Assembly (NCBI GenBank): GCA_963682135.1
Contig: OY821645.1
Location: forward strand, 1 to 64,000
Origin: Methanothrix sp.
GTDB taxonomy: Archaea; Halobacteriota; Methanosarcinia; Methanotrichales; Methanotrichaceae
DNA: 64,000 nt
Direction: 5' to 3'
How positions within the stretch are numbered: the first letter of the stretch is position 1; each line of letters begins with the position of its first letter. Both the position numbers and the translations under genes were made by a program. This document shows, in pieces, positions 38,714-47,977 of this stretch. The notes beneath the pieces were generated by a model. It saw only the letters and a program-made list of their open reading frames with translations, ran no database searches and was not told where the DNA came from.

Positions 38714-39315
38714 AGCCTCCAGCCACTCTCTTTACAGTCCTCCTCCAGAGCCTTTAGGAGGGCCGCTTTGGGATCGGACTGTTTGATATCGCTTCGCAGA
38801 ACCGTGCTCTCCCGGCTTACTGATGCCGTACACTCCCCCGCCTTGACCAAAATGCTCTTGATGAGGGGCTCGTTCACCCTTCCACCCGCCCGGCCAACCT
38901 CATCGTAAGCCAGCTTCTGGGTGAAACGATTGCCAAAGACTGTGCACCCTACGCCGTCCCAGGCTCTGATCCTCGCCTCGCCATTTGCATCCGCAACCTT
39001 GCCACTTGTGATGTCTACCTGCAGGCTGGCTCCGGGTGCAAGGTAAATTCGCCTGCGCTTGGATCGCTCAAAAGAGATCTCAGTGACTTCTCCCACCAGC
39101 AGATCACCCCGCCTCCAGACCTTCTCCCGGCTGCTCGTGATATGTAAAATGCCGCCAAGCTCTCTGGCTCTGTCCAGAAGTTGCTGGTCATTTTTGATCA
39201 GCCCGGAGTATAGCTCCTCTTCTAACTTGGGGCAAGTTCCTAAGAAGGCGATAGCTCTCCTGTCGGCTCCAATTACAGCCTCCCGGCTGGCAGCCAGTGC
39301 AATGACCAGGGACAT
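38698..39315 (-). CDS. DUF2121 connectase (proteasome-beta-like protein ligase of methanogens)
   Basis: N-terminal Ser nucleophile MSLVIA, D.R.I.F, LEEELYSG, LVGEV, KRRRIY, FGN.FT, TASVS. Confidence 0.85.
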   Translation of the reverse strand: MSLVIALAASREAVIGADRRAIAFLGTCPKLEEELYSGLIKNDQQLLDRARELGGILHITSSREKVWRRGDLLVGEVTEISFERSKRRRIYLAPGASLQVDITSGKVADANGEARIRAWDGVGCTVFGNRFTQKLAYDEVGRAGGRVNEPLIKSILVKAGECTASVSRESTVLRSDIKQSDPKAALLKALEEDCKESGWRLCAQQ

Positions 39316-39453
39316 TTCAAATCATCTCGACGATAGGAGATAATACTTTCTTAAACCTTCCGTTTGCCAGTCCGCCAGCCGGAAAATGAATACCTTCGCT
39401 TTGCGGTGGATAACATAAAAAAATAAATTCTCGTGGATCCTAGATGGTACCTT

Positions 39454-40182
39454 TCACAGCTTTCTATGGCAGAACCACCAGTCTTCGCAGACCATATCGC
39501 CGCCCGTCTTCCTGGTGGCTGCGGTCTTTTCATCGCCCGGAGGCGGAATGATCACCTGATCGCCGATAAGCTCATTGTTGGGCCAGTTAGCGGGAGCTGC
39601 TACTTTGTTCTTGTCCACAACCTGCAAAGCCTTCACCGCCCTCAATATCTCATCCATATTCCTGCCTACTTCCTGGGGATAGAAGAGTATCAAGCGGACG
39701 GTTGCCTCCGGGTCGACGACAAAGACGGCTCGCACTGTATTGCTGGCCTTTCCGGGATGGATCATGCCCATTCTCTGAGCAATTTTCCCCTGATCATCGG
39801 CAATGATGGGAAACTTGATCTCTACCTTTAGATTCTCCTTTATCCACTGCGTCCACTTCATATGGGAGAAGACCTGATCGATTGACAGGCCGATCAGTTC
39901 GCAATTCAGTTTCTCAAACTCTTCTCGCCTCTTCTCAAAGGCCACAAATTCTGTTGTGCAGACCGGTGTAAAGTCTGCAGGATGGCTGAATAATACGAAC
40001 CATTTCCCTGCGAAGGCATCAGGCAGGGTCATCATGCCGTGGGTGGTCTTGACTTCCATCCTGGGCATCTTGTCACCAATGAGCGGAAAACCACCCTCGC
40101 TTGCGCACATTTGATGCATCATTCCCATGTGTTTCATTCCCATTCCCATATGTTTTCCCATCTGCGTTTCCATCTGACACAT
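39454..40182 (-). CDS. Peroxiredoxin (archaeal Prx6 type)
   Basis: [33 protein letters not shown]. Confidence 0.95.
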   Translation of the reverse strand: MCQMETQMGKHMGMGMKHMGMMHQMCASEGGFPLIGDKMPRMEVKTTHGMMTLPDAFAGKWFVLFSHPADFTPVCTTEFVAFEKRREEFEKLNCELIGLSIDQVFSHMKWTQWIKENLKVEIKFPIIADDQGKIAQRMGMIHPGKASNTVRAVFVVDPEATVRLILFYPQEVGRNMDEILRAVKALQVVDKNKVAAPANWPNNELIGDQVIIPPPGDEKTAATRKTGGDMVCEDWWFCHRKL

Positions 40183-40378
40183 AATATTTTCCTCATTTCC
40201 GATTAGATGATTGTTTTGCAGCTATGATAGCTACGTCAACCCAGTAATTAAAGGTTACTATCATCAGGTGAGCAAAAATGATTCTGCGTGGACAACAGGG
40301 TCTCTTGTCATGCAGCGTGCATAGAATAGATTTGAAACATGCGCGAAAAATGAGTCATCACTTTGGCTGTTCATGGCT

Positions 40379-40693
40379 TTACGCTTTTAGAGGATTTGTC
40401 CGATTCTCCTGCTTATATCCTCTGGAGTCTGGCGAGAATTTATCCCTAGCTATGCACACTGGATAAACGACCGCTCTCTTAGCCAGGGCATTGCAGCATC
40501 TCCGGCATTCCAGCTTTTTCTCAAGTTCCAGAGCTACCCAGGCAGGCGCATTGGACCGGCGTATCTCGGCCAGGATCAAATGCTTCATGATACTGCAATC
40601 GCGGTCATCCTCTGCATCACATGTGTGTTCATAAAGAATGCTCATCAGATCGATACTCTGCGGTTCGGTACCTTTTTCGACGAATTCGATCAT
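40379..40693 (-). CDS. Cys-rich hypothetical protein
   Basis: HTC...DC...CRRCC...C; 104 aa. Confidence 0.5.
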   Translation of the reverse strand: MIEFVEKGTEPQSIDLMSILYEHTCDAEDDRDCSIMKHLILAEIRRSNAPAWVALELEKKLECRRCCNALAKRAVVYPVCIARDKFSPDSRGYKQENRTNPLKA

Positions 40694-40952
40694 AATATAA
40701 CTATTAAGCGTTATAAAACTATTTAATCCTTGCCGCTAATTCAGCAGAAATTGAACAAGATTGAGGTTCGCGATGTCCTTCACCAAAACGCCTGATGATA
40801 GCTATAAAAGTGATTGCGCCAGAAAGTGCTGTGGCTGGAACTGCAAAATTGTAAGATCAGCTAGATAAATGGGCCGATACAGCGATACAGGGATATTGTC
40901 AGCACGGAAAAAGGCTAAATAGAATCAGCCAAAGGCGTAGCGAGGTGACTAT

Positions 40953-41090
40953 ATGCCAACAAGTAAAAAACAATTAGAGAAGCTGAACCGGGTGAAGAAA
41001 GCCAAGGCAGAAGAGCTTTCGAAGCAGGCGGCTGCGGGCAGCCAAGATGCTAAGAAGAAGCTCAAAAAGCTCGAGAAAAAGATGAAGTAA
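40953..41090 (+). CDS. Small basic helical protein (45 aa)
   Basis: RBS GAGGTGA; MPTSKKQLEKLNRVKKAKAEELSKQAAAGSQDAKKKLKKLEKKMK; T-rich tract downstream. Confidence 0.7.
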   Translation: MPTSKKQLEKLNRVKKAKAEELSKQAAAGSQDAKKKLKKLEKKMK

Positions 41091-41208
41091 ACCATCTGGT
41101 CTTTCCATACATTTTCGTTTTCTTTTTTAATTTTCAAAGCTGGGCGCGAAATAATTTCAGGACTCATCACTTCAATCCACTAACTTGATAACCCATAGCT
41201 CGGCATAT

Positions 41209-42402
41209 ATGCTCGCAGAGGTGCCGTCCCTGCCCAATATCATTCCCGAATTCGAATTATCTGTAGTCATGCGGCATATAGCCTACCGAAAAAGAGGCAC
41301 TTTCCTCTCTGTGGCAGCTATTGCACTAGCTGTGGCCATATCTCTGATATCCGTATCCATGCAGGATGGGTTTCAGGGTATGCTTTTTGATATAATTGTT
41401 GAGGATCTTCCTCACGTTACCGTCACACCAAGGGAAGGCGATGACTACATTTACCTTTACAAGACCCTCATGGATCGGATTTGGTCCATTCCCGGTGTGG
41501 TTGCCGTCTCTCCCAGCCTGGGAACAGAAGTGACATTCGCCTACAAGGACAACGTGGAAAGCGTAGCCCTGTCTGGCGCAAATCCGGCGGATATAGATAA
41601 AATCTACCACATAGGAAAGCATGTTTTCCAGGGAGACCTCTCTTCCATCCAGAATGGCAATAAGGTGGTGCTGGGAGAAAAGCTGGCCGATAGGCTGAAG
41701 GTCAAGCTGGGACAGACGATCTTTGCCGGCATTCCTGGTGTTGGTGGCAGCAGCCTGGTAGTCTCCGGTATCTTCAGGCTGCCCACGGGATGGCCCGAGA
41801 ATATAGCCTTCGTATCCCTCTCCACAGTCAGAGAATTCTCAACTGAAGGTGATGTGGTCTCTTCAGTCGATATAAAGCTGAATGATGTCTATTTGGCAGA
41901 TGGCGTTGCCGCAAATTTGCGGGGGCAGGGATACAAGGCAGAGAGCTGGCAGACTCTTTACCCTGAGATCTTGAAGACGCTGGCCATAGAAGAGTTTCAG
42001 AACCGACTTGTAATGTTATTGATAATGATAATAGCCGCCTTTGGAATTGGCAGCGTAATGTATATGCTGGTTAATGAGAAGACCAGCGAGATTGGCATGT
42101 TCATGGCCATGGGAGCCTGCGGCAAGAACATAAGAAACATCTTCCTCTTGGAGAGCGCCATCCTGGGTTTGATGGGCGGCTTGCTGGGAAGCATCCTGGG
42201 TCTTGCCGTTGCCCTTTATCTGAAGAGCCTGGATATCAAAATGCAGGCGCCCGGGGGGCAGGAGATAGCCTTGCCGGTGGTGATCAATGCCGGCAGCTTC
42301 ATAACAATAGTGCTGGTGGCGGCAGCCCTGAGCGTGGTTGCAGGCTTGTATCCTGCCTGGAAGGCATCCAGGCTTGATCCTGCTCTGGCCATCAATGGAT
42401 GA
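41209..42402 (+). CDS. LolE/MacB-type ABC permease
   Basis: N-terminal TM, extracytoplasmic domain, EKTSEIGMFMAMGA, YPAWKASRLDP. Confidence 0.9.
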   Translation: MLAEVPSLPNIIPEFELSVVMRHIAYRKRGTFLSVAAIALAVAISLISVSMQDGFQGMLFDIIVEDLPHVTVTPREGDDYIYLYKTLMDRIWSIPGVVAVSPSLGTEVTFAYKDNVESVALSGANPADIDKIYHIGKHVFQGDLSSIQNGNKVVLGEKLADRLKVKLGQTIFAGIPGVGGSSLVVSGIFRLPTGWPENIAFVSLSTVREFSTEGDVVSSVDIKLNDVYLADGVAANLRGQGYKAESWQTLYPEILKTLAIEEFQNRLVMLLIMIIAAFGIGSVMYMLVNEKTSEIGMFMAMGACGKNIRNIFLLESAILGLMGGLLGSILGLAVALYLKSLDIKMQAPGGQEIALPVVINAGSFITIVLVAAALSVVAGLYPAWKASRLDPALAING

Positions 42403-43577
42403 GTGATGAGGATAAAATGTATGAGTTTACCATAGCCAAGAGTCACATCCTCAGAAATCCTAAGCTCGCATTCTTCACAGTCGCAGCAGTTACGCTGGCC
42501 GTAGCTGTGATCGTCGTCTTCATGGGCCTCTTAGGAGGCTTTGAGGAAGAGATCATCACGACTACTGTCGAGAACAATCCTCACATTTACGTTCAGCCCA
42601 AGTCAGACGAGAAGTACATCTATCTTTATAGAACCGTCTCCGCCCGTTTGTGGGATTATCCTGAAGTGGAAGCGGTCTCAGCGAGGCTGATTGGAAAGGG
42701 CGCGGCCAAGTACAAGGATAAGGTGAGGGGAGTAGAATTCCTGGGAGTCAATCCGACGAATGAAGACTTATTGATGAAGGTTAAAAAGGATATTGTCATT
42801 GGCAACTTTCAGGATCTGGAGAACAGAAAGCTTTCGGCCTTTATGGGGACCAAGCTGGCCGAAGAGTTGAAGCTGCAGCCAGAAGACGATTTTATCCTGG
42901 CGAGAGGAAACATATCCCTGCGCCTCAGGGTTGCCGGCCTTTTTGAGACGGGATCGGCCAAAGACAAGACTCTGATCTACATCCCTCTTAGCACAGCCCA
43001 GGATCTGGTAGGAAAAGGAGATGTAGTCTCCGAGGTGGACGTTGGGATAAGTGACATCTACCAGGCACCTTACATAGTCTCCGACCTCAAAACAAGATTC
43101 CGCTATGAATCCAAATCCTGGGAGGATATGAATGCCGATATCTTAAAGCTCATTCAGACCCAGTCCATCTTCTCCTGGATATTCTATATACTCATATTCG
43201 TTATAGCCGGATTTGGCATAGCCAATACCATGATAATGATAATTAGCAGAAGGACAAAAGAGATAGGCATTCTCATGGCCATGGGTGCCACCAGGCAATC
43301 TATTCTCAAGATATTCATGCTGGAGAGCCTGATCCTGGCCCCGCCTGCCGCAGTGCTGGGCAGCATCCTGGCTTTTATGGCAGCCCGGCTCATCATGTCC
43401 TACGACATCCAGCTTCCTTCCGAGATATACATGGTATCCAGGATGAACATCACCATGAAGCCGGAGTTCTTCATTTATGCCATCGTCTTTGCCCTGGCTG
43501 TTAACTTTGTGGCGGGGCTATATCCTGCCTGGAAGGCTTCCCGCATGGACCCGGTGGAGGCGATAGGGAGCATATGA
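42399..43577 (+). CDS. LolE/MacB-type ABC permease (paralog)
   Basis: RRTKEIGILMAMGA, YPAWKASRMDPVEA. Confidence 0.9.
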   Translation: MSDEDKMYEFTIAKSHILRNPKLAFFTVAAVTLAVAVIVVFMGLLGGFEEEIITTTVENNPHIYVQPKSDEKYIYLYRTVSARLWDYPEVEAVSARLIGKGAAKYKDKVRGVEFLGVNPTNEDLLMKVKKDIVIGNFQDLENRKLSAFMGTKLAEELKLQPEDDFILARGNISLRLRVAGLFETGSAKDKTLIYIPLSTAQDLVGKGDVVSEVDVGISDIYQAPYIVSDLKTRFRYESKSWEDMNADILKLIQTQSIFSWIFYILIFVIAGFGIANTMIMIISRRTKEIGILMAMGATRQSILKIFMLESLILAPPAAVLGSILAFMAARLIMSYDIQLPSEIYMVSRMNITMKPEFFIYAIVFALAVNFVAGLYPAWKASRMDPVEAIGSI

Positions 43578-46500
43578 CGGCAATCATGAACTACTCAGAT
43601 ATCAGGCAAAACGTGATCTTGCGAGGGCCATTATTTCCCGAACCAGTCCAGGTTATCACAGTAATTCCAATGGGAGATGCAATCAAACTAATTGGAAAAG
43701 GACTAAACACAGGCAAGCTTCATGATCCCATATTATCCACAGAGCAACTGGCAACTCTAGAGATAACTCCGGAAGATGAACCATTTGATGGTGATGCCGG
43801 AAACTTCCGCCTGGGCGTTGAAGCTATGCGACTCGCCCTAGCCTACGAATACGATCCTTACTTCACCCTGTCGATTGCCAGAGTAGATCCACTGCCTCAT
43901 CAACTGGAAGCCGTCTACGACTATTTCCTGAAGCTTCCTCGCATACGCTTCCTCCTGGCGGATGACCCAGGAGCGGGCAAAACCATCATGGCCGGTCTAC
44001 TAATTAAGGAATTAAAGATTCGTGGCCTGATCAAGCGCATACTCATTGTCTCTCCTGCCAACCTCACCTTTCAGTGGCAGCGTGAGATGCAAGATAAGTT
44101 CAGAGAACATTTCGAGGTATTGAGAAGCGATATTCTCCGGGCTAACTACGGCTCCAATCCCTGGCAAGAGAGAAACCAGATTGTGACTTCCATGCCATGG
44201 GTTTCCATAATCGAGGATGCCAAAGAGAGCCTTCTGCGCAGTCATTGGGATCTCATCGTTGTGGACGAGGCCCATAAGATGAGTGCCTATAGCCAGGATC
44301 ACAAAACTCTGGCTTACCAGTTAGGTGAGGCGCTCTCCGACAGAACCGATCACCTCCTTCTGATGACAGCAACGCCTCATAAAGGCGATCCGGAGAACTT
44401 CAGTCTCTTCTTGCGATTACTGGATAAGGATGTCTACGCCGATATAAAGAGCCTTGAAGAAGCGATGAGGCGGCACGAGGCCCCCTTCTACCTTCGCAGA
44501 GTAAAAGAGGCAATGGTAAGCTTCCCAGATCCGGATACTGGTAAGGTCAAGAGTCTTTTTACGAGAAGGCTGGTCAAGACTATTGAATTTGAAATCGACA
44601 GTGATGAATGGGATTTGTACAACTCATTGACAGAATATGTTCAGGCGCAGTCAATTAAGGCGTCGCAGGATGACTCAGCCCGCGGACGCGCACTTGGCTT
44701 CACGATGGCCATGCTGCAAAGAAGGTTTGCTTCCAGCATCTATGCCCTGCGGCGCAGTCTGGAGCGAATCAAGGACAAGCGAGAAAAGGTACTCAAAGAC
44801 CCCGAGGGTTATCGTCAGCTGCAGAAGCTCAAGAAAGTGCCTGAGGATTATGAAGAATTGCCCGAGGACGAACAGCAAGAGATACTCGATGACCTGGAGA
44901 GCGTTGTAGCGTCCATCGATCCTGATGCTCTTAAAGAGGAAATATTCCAGCTTGGCAAGCTGATAGATCTGGCCCGACTTCTGGAGCAGCGGGAAGTTGA
45001 ATCAAAGCTACGCAAGTTGAAGGACGTACTAACAGAGCAGGGTGTCTTCAAGGACCCGAAGATGAAGCTGCTCCTATTTACTGAACATAAAGACACTCTT
45101 GACTATCTAGCGGGGGATGGAAAGGATGGGCGACCCCTGGGAAAGCTACGAGATTGGGGCCTGTCCGTCACCCAGATTCACGGCGGCATGAAGATAGGCG
45201 ACCGGGATACCCCCGGCACGAGAATAAATGCAGAACGGGTATTCAAGGAGGAGTGCCAGGTCATGGCGGCCACCGAGGCTGCTGGAGAGGGCATTAATCT
45301 GCAGTTCTGCTGGTTCATGATCAACTACGATATACCCTGGAACCCCATGAGGCTGGAGCAGCGCATGGGCCGTATCCACAGGTATGGCCAGGAAAAGGAC
45401 TGCTTGATCCTGAACTTTGTTTCAACAAAAACCCGTGAAGGAAGAGTGCTGCAGAAGCTTTTCGAAAGGATCAAGCAGATTGAGAAAGATCTTGATCCCC
45501 AAAATACGGGCAAGGTGTTCAATGTCCTGGGCGAAGTTCTTCCCGCGAATCAGCTTGAGCGGATGCTGCGGGATATGTACGCCAACATTACTTCAGAAGA
45601 TGCTATCAAGAGCCGCATTGTTGAGGAAGTGGACATAGACCGCTTCCGGCAGATCACTGAGCACACTCTTGAGGGGCTGGCAAAGAAGGAGCTGAACTTA
45701 TCTGCCATCATCGGTAAATCGGAGGAGGCCAAGGAGAGGCGTCTGGTTCCTGAGGTAATAGAGGACTTCTTCCTCAAGGCGGCGCCGCTGGCCGGCATAA
45801 CCCTGAAAGAAGTAAAGCAAAATCCGCATGTCTACCGACCTGGTGGAAAGGTTCCGAGAAACCTCTGGCCGATAGGCGAGGCTCAAGAAAGGCAGTATGG
45901 CAAACTGGGCAAGGAATACAAGCAGATAGTCTTTGATAAGGCGCTCCTTGCCAAAGACTCCACTGTGGAATGGGTGACTCCCGGCCATCCGTTGTTTGAG
46001 GCAGTCAGGGTCTGTGCAATGCGGATAGTGGAGGCGGACCTGAGAAAGGGTGCGATCTTCTTTGACCTTTACAGCAAAGAGCCTTCCCGGTTAGATGTGT
46101 ACTCCGCGGCGATCAAGGACGGCCGTGGTAACGTCATACATAAACGCATATTCGTGGTCCGGACGGATATGGACGGCGCCATCACCATCCGGCAGCCTAC
46201 GATCTTTCTGGATCTGATACCATCAACGAAACAAGTCTCGCCTCCGGATGGAAATGGCCTGCCACAGCGCGATCAATTAGAACAGTCCTTGTTTAATATG
46301 GCGCTTTTGCCTTTCCTGCAAGAGATAAACGCCCAAAGGACAAAGGAGATAGAAACTATCGAACGCCATATGGAGATCAGCCTCAACGAGCTGATCGTCA
46401 GGCAGAACGTGATCCTGAGCGAGCTGATTGAGAAGCAGCAAGCGGGAGAGACGGCGCAGCCCATTGCGGCCAGCAAAAAATCCACAGAGGATCGCCTGGA

Positions 46501-47032
46501 AGATCTATTTGAAAGGCTGGAGCGGCGCAGAAGAGAGCTGATCCAGGAGCATAATCTCACCATCTCCGATATCCAGCATCTTGGCCGGGCCTGGGTGCTG
46601 CCTCACCCGGAAAGAAAATCGCCGGGAATGGTACAGATGATTCAGGATGAGAGAGTTGAGAAGACTGCAATTCAGGCTGTCATCGCTCATGAGGAGGCTC
46701 GGGGCTGGAGGGTCGAGAGCGTGGAGCAGGACAGCCGGGGTTTTGATCTGATCTCAAGGAAACCCCATCCGGAAGATGCGCAGACGGCGGTAGAGGTTAG
46801 ATTCATCGAGGTGAAGGGGCGAGCCGGGGTGGGTGAGATTGCCCTGACATCCAACGAATACAGGACAGCGGAGAGGCTGAAGAATGACTACTGGCTTTAC
46901 GTAGTCTTCAATTGCTCCTCGAAGCCGCAAATACATCCTATCCAGAACCCGAGCCGCCTGGGATGGGAGCCGCTGGTGAAGATCGAGCATTATTATTTAA
47001 GATCAGAAAAAATTAAAACATTCGTTTTGTAA
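43574..47032 (+). CDS. SNF2-family helicase with C-terminal DUF3883 nuclease-like domain
   Basis: LADDPGAGKT, DEAH, TATPH, GEGINLQ, QRMGRIHRYGQ; GFDLISR...FIEVKGR. Confidence 0.92.
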   Translation: MTAIMNYSDIRQNVILRGPLFPEPVQVITVIPMGDAIKLIGKGLNTGKLHDPILSTEQLATLEITPEDEPFDGDAGNFRLGVEAMRLALAYEYDPYFTLSIARVDPLPHQLEAVYDYFLKLPRIRFLLADDPGAGKTIMAGLLIKELKIRGLIKRILIVSPANLTFQWQREMQDKFREHFEVLRSDILRANYGSNPWQERNQIVTSMPWVSIIEDAKESLLRSHWDLIVVDEAHKMSAYSQDHKTLAYQLGEALSDRTDHLLLMTATPHKGDPENFSLFLRLLDKDVYADIKSLEEAMRRHEAPFYLRRVKEAMVSFPDPDTGKVKSLFTRRLVKTIEFEIDSDEWDLYNSLTEYVQAQSIKASQDDSARGRALGFTMAMLQRRFASSIYALRRSLERIKDKREKVLKDPEGYRQLQKLKKVPEDYEELPEDEQQEILDDLESVVASIDPDALKEEIFQLGKLIDLARLLEQREVESKLRKLKDVLTEQGVFKDPKMKLLLFTEHKDTLDYLAGDGKDGRPLGKLRDWGLSVTQIHGGMKIGDRDTPGTRINAERVFKEECQVMAATEAAGEGINLQFCWFMINYDIPWNPMRLEQRMGRIHRYGQEKDCLILNFVSTKTREGRVLQKLFERIKQIEKDLDPQNTGKVFNVLGEVLPANQLERMLRDMYANITSEDAIKSRIVEEVDIDRFRQITEHTLEGLAKKELNLSAIIGKSEEAKERRLVPEVIEDFFLKAAPLAGITLKEVKQNPHVYRPGGKVPRNLWPIGEAQERQYGKLGKEYKQIVFDKALLAKDSTVEWVTPGHPLFEAVRVCAMRIVEADLRKGAIFFDLYSKEPSRLDVYSAAIKDGRGNVIHKRIFVVRTDMDGAITIRQPTIFLDLIPSTKQVSPPDGNGLPQRDQLEQSLFNMALLPFLQEINAQRTKEIETIERHMEISLNELIVRQNVILSELIEKQQAGETAQPIAASKKSTEDRLEDLFERLERRRRELIQEHNLTISDIQHLGRAWVLPHPERKSPGMVQMIQDERVEKTAIQAVIAHEEARGWRVESVEQDSRGFDLISRKPHPEDAQTAVEVRFIEVKGRAGVGEIALTSNEYRTAERLKNDYWLYVVFNCSSKPQIHPIQNPSRLGWEPLVKIEHYYLRSEKIKTFVL

Positions 47033-47074
47033 TTGCCATTATTCAAATTGAATCCAAGGGAGTGAGGTGATATA

Positions 47075-47977
47075 ATGAAGGATAGTATGTTAAAATTAAG
47101 TGAGCTATTCAATTATATTGGACCGTTAGCAGCTGTCACTTTGTTGTTCTTATTTATACGATATATATATCTTACATCCTTCTTTAGGAGATTATCACTC
47201 ACCTATTCTATCTTTTCACTTCCCACGGATTTCCAATTAAATGAAATTATGGGTGTATTTTCAATAACACTATATGTATTGTTTATTATCCTAGCAATGA
47301 AAAGCCAGCTAACAGAAGATTTCGATAGAAATATTTTCGGAAAAATTTGGGTTTCAATTTTTATTTTCATTATATTTATACCGATTACATTAGTGATAAA
47401 TTATTTTATTGATTACTCCGGATCTTTATTATTATTATTTTTATCTTTCTGTATTTTAGTATATTATTCTGATATGAATCAAGATAAGGTAAAGCATCAT
47501 GATTTAAAGAAATGGCACGAGATATCACTGGATGTAGCAAACGTAAAATTAGAGTCCAGCGAAACAGATAAATCTCTTTCTGGCGCAGATATCGCATATT
47601 ACCTATTTATATTATTCATATTAATATTGCCTACGATAGTAGTTGCTGCTTATTTAGGAAATTTGCATGCCGAAGAATTGATGGGAGGAAACTCTAATAA
47701 TTGCATCGAAGTTAAATTGATCCTTGATGAAAGTAGAATCCCACTTCCAAACAGTACCTTTATTCTTATTTCTTACCAAAATGGAAACTATTTTTTGATT
47801 GAAAAGAATAAGTCAAAACCGAAAGATCCTACAGCTTATATTATAAATGATAACTATGTAAAAGAAGCTCGATTAAAACATTCGAGCAAAGATACAATTA
47901 ATTGGTTGTCGGAGGAAATTGATTCAATTACCAACACAGTTAAGCACTATTTAACGCCAAGGATCAATCCAAGATGA
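47075..47977 (+). CDS. AT-rich multi-TM membrane protein inside the defence operon
   Basis: About five hydrophobic helices; RBS GAGGTGA; stop overlaps the methylase ATG. Confidence 0.7.
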   Translation: MKDSMLKLSELFNYIGPLAAVTLLFLFIRYIYLTSFFRRLSLTYSIFSLPTDFQLNEIMGVFSITLYVLFIILAMKSQLTEDFDRNIFGKIWVSIFIFIIFIPITLVINYFIDYSGSLLLLFLSFCILVYYSDMNQDKVKHHDLKKWHEISLDVANVKLESSETDKSLSGADIAYYLFILFILILPTIVVAAYLGNLHAEELMGGNSNNCIEVKLILDESRIPLPNSTFILISYQNGNYFLIEKNKSKPKDPTAYIINDNYVKEARLKHSSKDTINWLSEEIDSITNTVKHYLTPRINPR

